Shown here: in pieces, positions 58,496-64,000 of the stretch
Layout of the letters: every line of letters begins with the position of its first letter
Position numbering within the stretch: position 1 is the first letter of the stretch
Source of the DNA: a bacterium
Lineage (GTDB): Bacteria; Vulcanimicrobiota; JAZDOK01
Direction: 5' to 3'
Assembly (NCBI GenBank): GCA_043798715.1
Contig: JAZDOK010000001.1
Location: 6,480 to 70,479, forward strand
DNA length: 64,000 nt
Notes under the pieces: generated by a model
Databases searched by the model: none
What the model was told of the DNA's origin: nothing
The model's input: only the letters and a program-made list of their open reading frames with translations
Program-made: the position numbers and the translations under genes

Positions 58496-59403
58496 TGATG
58501 CCTGAAAGATCCCCGAATTTCCAAACTCCCGTCAAAGACCTCTCCATAGGCAAAACCCTGGAGCGCGCCGCCTCTCTCCTGGAAGGCCAGGGCTTCCGCA
58601 CCCCCTCCCTGGACGCCGAAGTCCTGCTCGGCGAGGCGCTGGGTAAAACACGGACCGAGCTTTATGCTCACCGGGAGCTGCAGATATCCTCCCATGAGAC
58701 AGCGCTGTTCGAACGTCTGATTTCTATGCGCCTCAGGAAAATGCCGGTCGCCTACATAACGGGTAAAAAGGAATTCATGTCCCTTTCTTTCAAGGTGAAT
58801 CCTTCCGTACTCATTCCCCGCCCCGAGACGGAGACACTGGTCGAGGGAGCACTCTCCATCATCCATGAGCTCTCGCTGAGAGCCCCTTTGCTCCTGGATC
58901 TCGGCACGGGCTGTGGGGCCATCGCGGCAAGCATGGCCAACTACCTCCCTGATGCCCGAATCACGGCCGTAGATATTTCCGAAGAGGCTCTTACGACGGC
59001 CCGTCTTAACGCGGAGTTTCACGAAGTGCAGGGACGGATCACTTTTATAAAAAGCGACCTTTTTTCCGCTCTGCCTGCCGGTTCTCTTCCCTTTGACGGC
59101 ATTATTTCCAACCCGCCGTACGTGCCGGATGAAGAATGGGAGCGCCTCGAAGACAATGTCCGCCTCTTCGAGCCCGAAATTGCGCTCCGGGCAGGCAGGG
59201 ATGGAATGGATTTTTACAGAAGAATACTTTTTGAATATGCCCCGTATCTGAGCGAAGGGGGTTTTTTAGTATTTGAGATGGGCCTTAATCAGGAAAACGG
59301 CTTAAGGAAGCTCTTTAAGGAGACGGGGGCCTTCCGGGAGATTCGCGTCTTAAATGACCTCTCCGGCAGAGCCCGCGTAATCGCAGGGATCGGCAGGAAA
59401 TAG
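58495..59403 (+). CDS. prmC: release factor glutamine methyltransferase
   Basis: The LDLGTGCGAIA AdoMet motif and the NPPY motif ISNPPYV. It is adjacent to prfA. Confidence 0.85.
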   Translation: MMPERSPNFQTPVKDLSIGKTLERAASLLEGQGFRTPSLDAEVLLGEALGKTRTELYAHRELQISSHETALFERLISMRLRKMPVAYITGKKEFMSLSFKVNPSVLIPRPETETLVEGALSIIHELSLRAPLLLDLGTGCGAIAASMANYLPDARITAVDISEEALTTARLNAEFHEVQGRITFIKSDLFSALPAGSLPFDGIISNPPYVPDEEWERLEDNVRLFEPEIALRAGRDGMDFYRRILFEYAPYLSEGGFLVFEMGLNQENGLRKLFKETGAFREIRVLNDLSGRARVIAGIGRK

Positions 59404-59408
59404 AAAAC

Positions 59409-59819
59409 ATGGGAAAACGCAGAAAAGCCAGGGAAATTATTTTAAAAACCCTCTTCCAGATGGACGTGGGAAAATGCGGTTTGGAAGAATCGCTTCAGTA
59501 CGCCCTGGGGCGGGTGCAAAACCCGAAGATCGTTGACTATGCCGGGAGCGTGGTGCGGACGACCTGTGAAAATCTGACCGAGATTGACCGGATTATCTCT
59601 GAAAAATCAAAAAATTGGCGCCTGGAGCGCATCGCCCACGTTGACAAGAACATTCTGAGAATGGCCGTCTGCGAAATTCTCTACCGGGAGGACATACCCG
59701 CCTCCGTTACCATCAACGAGGCCGTTGAGCTTTCCAAGATTTACGGCACGGAAGATTCCGGAAAATTCATCAACGGCATCCTTGGGAGCCTGGCGGAGAC
59801 GAGGGAAGAAGAAGTTTGA
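59409..59819 (+). CDS. nusB: transcription antitermination factor NusB
   Basis: Conserved NusB N-terminus RRKAREIILKTLFQMDV and overall length. Confidence 0.85.
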   Translation: MGKRRKAREIILKTLFQMDVGKCGLEESLQYALGRVQNPKIVDYAGSVVRTTCENLTEIDRIISEKSKNWRLERIAHVDKNILRMAVCEILYREDIPASVTINEAVELSKIYGTEDSGKFINGILGSLAETREEEV

Positions 59820-62104
59820 TGACCGAACAAAACGCTTCAGAGGTTAACGAGCCGCGGAATCCCGCCCCGAAAAAGAAAAAACGGCGCTGGCTGATCGCCA
59901 TTTTTCTGCTCCTGATGCTCTTCTGCCTTTCATTCCTGGGATTTGCCCTGGGCCTGATCAGCAGCGCCTCTCAAAACCTGCCGAACATCGAGCAGTTGAA
60001 GTTTTTTCAGCCCAGCGAATCCACCCAGATTTTCGCCTCGGATGGAACTCTGATCGGGAGTATCTACAAGGAAAACAGGACCTGGGTCCCCATCTCCAAG
60101 ATGCCCCAGGTGCTCAAAGATTCTATAATTTCCATTGAAGACGAACGCTTTTATCACCACTTCGGCATAGACTTCAAGGGCATACTGCGAGCCATCCGGG
60201 CCAACCTGCGCCATGAGCCCCTCCAGGGCGCCAGCACCATAACCCAGCAGCTCGCCCGGGGCATATTCCTCTCTCCGCAGGTCTCAATCCAGAGAAAAAT
60301 TCAGGAGGCACTTCTGGCCATTCAGATTGAGCGCCGGTTCACCAAGGAGGAAATCCTGGAGCTTTACCTCAACCAGATCTACTTCGGATCCTCCGCCTAT
60401 GGCGTCGAATCCGCCGCCCACACTTACTTCGGAAAAAACGCCGGTTCCCTGAACCTGGCTGAGGCCTCCATGCTGGCGGGTCTCCCCCAGGCCCCCTCCC
60501 TTTATTCTCCCAAGGTCAATTTCAAGCTGGCCAAGGAACGCCAGGCCCTGGTACTCCAGCGCATGGTCGCCAACGGCTACATCAGCTTTAAGAAGGCCAG
60601 GGAGGCCCTTCATGCGCCACTGAAGCTGGCACAGACGAAAGAAGAATTTCACACCTACAAGTACCCCTACTTTACCACCTACGTTGTCCATTACCTTTTT
60701 TCAAAGTACGAACCGGAGGTGATCTTCCGGGGAGGCCTCAAAGTTTATACGACCATGAACGTCTCCATGCAGGAAACAGCCCAGAAAGCCTTGGCCGAGG
60801 GTGTAAAAAGAGGCCTCATGGCGGGGTACAACTGTCACCAGGGCGCTCTGGCGGCCCTGGAGCCCAAGACCGGCTATATCCGGGCCATGGTGGGAGGCGT
60901 GAAATTCGACACGAAAAGCCAGTTCAACAGGGCCTGGCAGGCCAGAAGACAGCCCGGTTCAGCCTTCAAGGTCTTCGTCTATACGGCCGCCATTGACAGC
61001 GGTTTTACCCCGACTACCATCATACAGGATTCCCCAATCAGCTATCCGATGGTGGACGGCACCACCTGGAGCCCTCGTAATTCGGATGGTGGTTACTGGG
61101 GCTCCATCACCCTGACCCAGGCCCTCCAGTTTTCCCGAAACGTGTGTGCCGTTCGGATGATCGAAAAACTGGGACCCGGCAAAGTCATTGACTACGCCTA
61201 TAGAATGGGCATCAAAGAAAAGCTGGAACCCAATCTTTCCCTGGCCTTGGGCTCCTCAGTAGTCACCCCCCTCCAGATGGCCTCCGCCTTCGGAGTGCTG
61301 GCACACGGCGGCATAAAAGTCGAACCCATACCGGTCAAGCTGATAAAGGATTTTGAGGGCAACGTCATTGAGGACAACACCAACCCCTACCAGGAAGCGG
61401 TCATTCCCTTCTCAACCGCCTCGACTATGACCGGGATTCTCCAGAAAGTCATCGAGGCCGGGACCGGAACTGCGGCCCAAATCGGGCGACCCGCCGCAGG
61501 CAAGACCGGGACCACCAACGATTTCAGGGACGCCTGGTTCATCGGCTACACCCCCCAGATGGCTGCGGCTGTCTGGATCGGCAATGACGATTACAGCCCC
61601 ATGGTACACTCCTATGGAGGAGACATCCCCGCCGGCATCTGGGCCAAGTTCATGAAGTCCGCCCTGGCCAAAGAAAAAATCATGGCTTTTGAAACACAGA
61701 AATCAGACCTCGATGAAGTCATGATCTGCGACGAAAGCGGCCTTCGGGCATCCCCCGGCTGTCCCAGTACCCACAAGGAAATGTTCAAGGCCGGAACAGT
61801 TCCTAAAAAGTTCTGCCAGTTGCACCCGACCGAACCGCAATATAACAAACAGAACATCCCGGCGACCGAGAATACCAGGGCCAGACCCCAGCCAGAGCCG
61901 ACTACTCCCGAAGAAGAGGTCGTCGTCCCCCAGGAGCCCCAGACGGAGGAAGAAAACGAACTGGACTTTGAGGATGAAAAGCCGCCAACCCTGCTTACTC
62001 CTCAACCTCCTCCTATCCCCCCGCCTCAGCCGGAAGCGACTGCTCCGCCGCCGCCGCCGCCCCCGGCTCCCCCCATCCCTTCCGGGAATGGCAGCACCCA
62101 ATGA
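59816..62104 (+). CDS. mrcA: bifunctional class A penicillin-binding protein (PBP1A-type transglycosylase/transpeptidase) with Pro-rich C-terminal tail
   Basis: GT51 motifs (EDERFYHHFGIDFKGI, RGASTITQQLAR). Transpeptidase SxxK (SAFKVF), SxN and KTGT motifs. TM anchor near the N-terminus. Confidence 0.85.
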   Translation: MMTEQNASEVNEPRNPAPKKKKRRWLIAIFLLLMLFCLSFLGFALGLISSASQNLPNIEQLKFFQPSESTQIFASDGTLIGSIYKENRTWVPISKMPQVLKDSIISIEDERFYHHFGIDFKGILRAIRANLRHEPLQGASTITQQLARGIFLSPQVSIQRKIQEALLAIQIERRFTKEEILELYLNQIYFGSSAYGVESAAHTYFGKNAGSLNLAEASMLAGLPQAPSLYSPKVNFKLAKERQALVLQRMVANGYISFKKAREALHAPLKLAQTKEEFHTYKYPYFTTYVVHYLFSKYEPEVIFRGGLKVYTTMNVSMQETAQKALAEGVKRGLMAGYNCHQGALAALEPKTGYIRAMVGGVKFDTKSQFNRAWQARRQPGSAFKVFVYTAAIDSGFTPTTIIQDSPISYPMVDGTTWSPRNSDGGYWGSITLTQALQFSRNVCAVRMIEKLGPGKVIDYAYRMGIKEKLEPNLSLALGSSVVTPLQMASAFGVLAHGGIKVEPIPVKLIKDFEGNVIEDNTNPYQEAVIPFSTASTMTGILQKVIEAGTGTAAQIGRPAAGKTGTTNDFRDAWFIGYTPQMAAAVWIGNDDYSPMVHSYGGDIPAGIWAKFMKSALAKEKIMAFETQKSDLDEVMICDESGLRASPGCPSTHKEMFKAGTVPKKFCQLHPTEPQYNKQNIPATENTRARPQPEPTTPEEEVVVPQEPQTEEENELDFEDEKPPTLLTPQPPPIPPPQPEATAPPPPPPPAPPIPSGNGSTQ

Positions 62105-62403
62105 TGCAGTCCGAACTTCCCCGCATGGCCGATCGCGCGCTTCATATAAAAATCGAGGGGCAGGTTCAGGGAGTCGGGTATCGCTTTTTCGCCATGCGAA
62201 TGGCCGAAAGGCTCAACCTGAAAGGATATGTCAGAAATCTGCCGGATGGGAATGTGGAAGTACTGGCGGAGGGCAAGGAGGAAAGACTTATGGAATTTCT
62301 TGAAGACCTGAGGCGCGGTCCCTCCTACTCCGACGTGAGAGGGGTTCGGGTCACCTGGAAGGAACCCGAGAGTAAATTTAATTCCTTCATTGTCATGTAT
62401 TGA
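62101..62403 (+). CDS. acyP: acylphosphatase
   Basis: VxGxVQGVxFR signature (IEGQVQGVGYRFF) and the GYVRNLPDGNVEV motif. Confidence 0.8.
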   Translation: MMQSELPRMADRALHIKIEGQVQGVGYRFFAMRMAERLNLKGYVRNLPDGNVEVLAEGKEERLMEFLEDLRRGPSYSDVRGVRVTWKEPESKFNSFIVMY

Positions 62404-62440
62404 CGATGGAGTTGCCATGAAACAAAAAGGAGGCCCAATA

Positions 62441-63262
62441 ATGAAAACGGAAGATTTTCTCAATCTCATGGATGCCATGAAAGTGTACGATCTGACCCAG
62501 CCCCTGAGTGTTCACACCCCTCCCTGGCCGAGCTATGTCCCTCTGAGCGTGCAGTACTTCAAGCGGCTTGCCGGGGCCCATATGGGTCAAGGCGCCAATG
62601 GTCAGATTATCACTATGAGCCACCATGTGGGCACTCATATGGACGGTGAGATTCACTTCTACGGGCACGGGAGAACCATAGGGCAGGTGCCTCTCCCTGA
62701 GTGGATCGGGCCTGGCGTCGTAGTGGATATTTCTGACGAAGTTGGTGATTATGACCTCTACACTCCGGAGATGCTCATGAAAAAAGCAAAAGTAAAGAAA
62801 GGGGACATCCTGATCATCAACACCGGCTATCACCGTTATGCCTGGTATGAGCCGGAAGCCGACGAAGTGCGTTATTTTGTCAAACACCCGGGGCCCGGCC
62901 CCGATTTTCATTCCTGGGCCCTGGATATGAAACTGAAATGGATAGGAGTGGATTGCGGGAGCGCCGATCACCCCATGAACACGATCATCCGGCAGTGGCA
63001 TCCCAAGCTATTTGAGGAGGCAGAAAAAAAGATCAAGAAAAGCTATAAAAAAAGCTGGGATGAACTCTTCCCTCAGGAAGAATACTACCAGGTAATGCAC
63101 CTGAAACTCTTTCCAAAAGGCCTGGTTCATGCGGAAAATCTGGGAGGAGACATCGATCTGGTGAAAAACCAGAGGCTGTGGATCGGCTGTTTTCCACTGA
63201 AAGCGATGGAATTTGAATCTTCGCAATGCCGAATCGTCGCTTTTGGCCCCCCAAAAATGTAA
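62441..63262 (+). CDS. cyclase-family protein (kynurenine formamidase-like fold)
   Basis: HxGTHxD metal-binding motif HHVGTHMDGE. ATG at 62441 with an aaaggagg RBS. Confidence 0.7.
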   Translation: MKTEDFLNLMDAMKVYDLTQPLSVHTPPWPSYVPLSVQYFKRLAGAHMGQGANGQIITMSHHVGTHMDGEIHFYGHGRTIGQVPLPEWIGPGVVVDISDEVGDYDLYTPEMLMKKAKVKKGDILIINTGYHRYAWYEPEADEVRYFVKHPGPGPDFHSWALDMKLKWIGVDCGSADHPMNTIIRQWHPKLFEEAEKKIKKSYKKSWDELFPQEEYYQVMHLKLFPKGLVHAENLGGDIDLVKNQRLWIGCFPLKAMEFESSQCRIVAFGPPKM

Positions 63263-63419
63263 TCCGCGTGATATTAAGCAGGACAAGTTCCTAATAAAGA
63301 AGAATTTTGGGGATTAAATAAAGTACAGGAAAAAAGATCCTATGTGGTTAAAAGGAACAATAGGACCGGTAATGAAGAGGCAGAACCCGAGAAATTAAAA
63401 TAAAAATTCGGAGGTCTTG

Positions 63420-64000
63420 ATGTTGGGTTCGAGTTCGAAGAAAATAAAGTTTTTCTCCCTTATCGCAATCAGCATTCTCATGCTTGCAGGAAGCCATTCC
63501 TGGGCAGGAAACAGGGGGAAAACACTCAATTTACTCTCAGGAAAGTCAGCCCGGCCTTTCCTTCTGGCGATGACAAATCCTGAGGAAACTTCAACTCCCG
63601 CGCCAACAATCACACCTGAACCGGGCCAATTTTTTATCCCTCAAATCACAATTGCTCCGATACCTATCAGAACGCCCAGAACAAGAAGAACTCCTCCTCC
63701 TGTTGCAACACCGAAAATAACTAAAGTACCCATACAAACGATTGTTCCTCGACCTGTGCCGACGCCCGAAATAATCTTACCTTCGCCTTCAACTCCACTC
63801 CCAACAATTATTCCCAAACCGGCCATTCCGAAACCGACTATTGCACCACCAGGCGCACGACCTGCGCTAAAACACAAACCCAAACCTACGCCCAAGCCCA
63901 CGGTGAGGCCTACGCCCAAGCCCACGGTGAGGCCTACGCCCAAGCCCACGGTGAAACCTACACCCAAGCCAACGGTGAAACCTACACCCAAGCCAACGGT
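63420..64000 (+). CDS. secreted proline/threonine-rich repeat protein, partial (continues beyond window end)
   Basis: Signal peptide (…MLAGSHSWA|GN). A Pro-rich linker is followed by a tandem PKPTV(R/K)PT repeat. The ORF is open to the end of the window. The minus-strand ORF 63641-63991 is its antisense artefact. Confidence 0.5.
   Translation, partial: MLGSSSKKIKFFSLIAISILMLAGSHSWAGNRGKTLNLLSGKSARPFLLAMTNPEETSTPAPTITPEPGQFFIPQITIAPIPIRTPRTRRTPPPVATPKITKVPIQTIVPRPVPTPEIILPSPSTPLPTIIPKPAIPKPTIAPPGARPALKHKPKPTPKPTVRPTPKPTVRPTPKPTVKPTPKPTVKPTPKPT
63885..64000. repeat. 24-bp tandem repeat (at least 5 copies, truncated by window end) encoding PKPTV(R/K)PT
   Basis: Visible reiteration of CCCAAGCCCACGGTGAGGCCTACG and the CCAACGGTGAAACCTACA variant. 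Confidence 0.8.

Noticed and set aside
63641-63991. Minus-strand 116-aa ORF of GVGFTVGLGVG repeats
   Set aside because: It is the antisense frame of the plus-strand PKPTV repeat gene. The plus-strand ORF has a signal peptide, a start codon and coherent sequence.
1-64000. CRISPR arrays, rRNA, tRNA, and integrase/transposase genes
   Set aside because: No regularly spaced short repeats, no rRNA-like conserved stretches, no tRNA cloverleaf candidates and no recombinase motifs were seen by eye. A tRNAscan/Infernal and ISfinder search would be needed to be certain.

Overview
This is a 64 kb high-GC bacterial chromosomal segment from an unidentified lineage, densely coded on both strands. No rRNA or tRNA genes and no CRISPR array were found by eye.

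Core housekeeping genes:
- Translation and tRNA charging: hisS, alaS, rpmE (L31), prfA with prmC, and nusB.
- Nucleotide and cofactor metabolism: pdxS/pdxT, the tmk-holB-yaaT(PSP1) block, thyX-tdk, mtnP and rdgB.
- Cell wall and transport: PBP1A, an MsbA-like ABC exporter, a CoA-disulfide/NADH oxidase-family flavoprotein, an APC amino-acid permease, a split chrA pair and a cyclophilin PPIase.

Accessory content sits between these blocks:
- Two toxin-antitoxin modules, an HTH antitoxin with a PIN toxin near 18 kb, and brnTA at 54 kb. The brnTA cassette is bracketed by imperfect direct repeats that duplicate the 3' end of rdgB.
- A visibly lower-GC island (about 18.7-28.7 kb) holds two tandem paralogous secreted TPR-CHAT (caspase-like) proteins with near-identical 1.8 kb 3' halves. 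Next to them are a secreted TolB_N/CsgG-like TPR protein and a 533-aa membrane-type protein with an HExxH motif.
- A three-gene operon (28.9-34.1 kb) encodes a receiver(REC)-MshEN-GspE/PilB-type ATPase, a 134-aa unknown protein and a 901-aa Eco57I/PglX-like N6-adenine DNA methyltransferase with no nuclease domain. The methyltransferase ORF has no in-frame ATG near its 5' end and is separated from the 134-aa ORF by a single in-frame TGA.
- A 1051-aa HD-GYP phosphodiesterase with a roughly 780-aa disordered repeat-bearing N-terminus lies in an operon with a B12-binding radical SAM protein and a glutaredoxin.
- A 618-aa coiled-coil protein carries an SPTTTT tandem-repeat tail.
- An orphan anSME-like radical SAM/SPASM protein sits at 51.5-52.8 kb.
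- Two secreted proteins run off the window edges, one ending in a PKPTV tandem repeat.

The best candidates for an undescribed system are the secreted TPR-CHAT locus and the REC-GspE/MTase operon. Neither can be assigned to a described system from the sequence alone.
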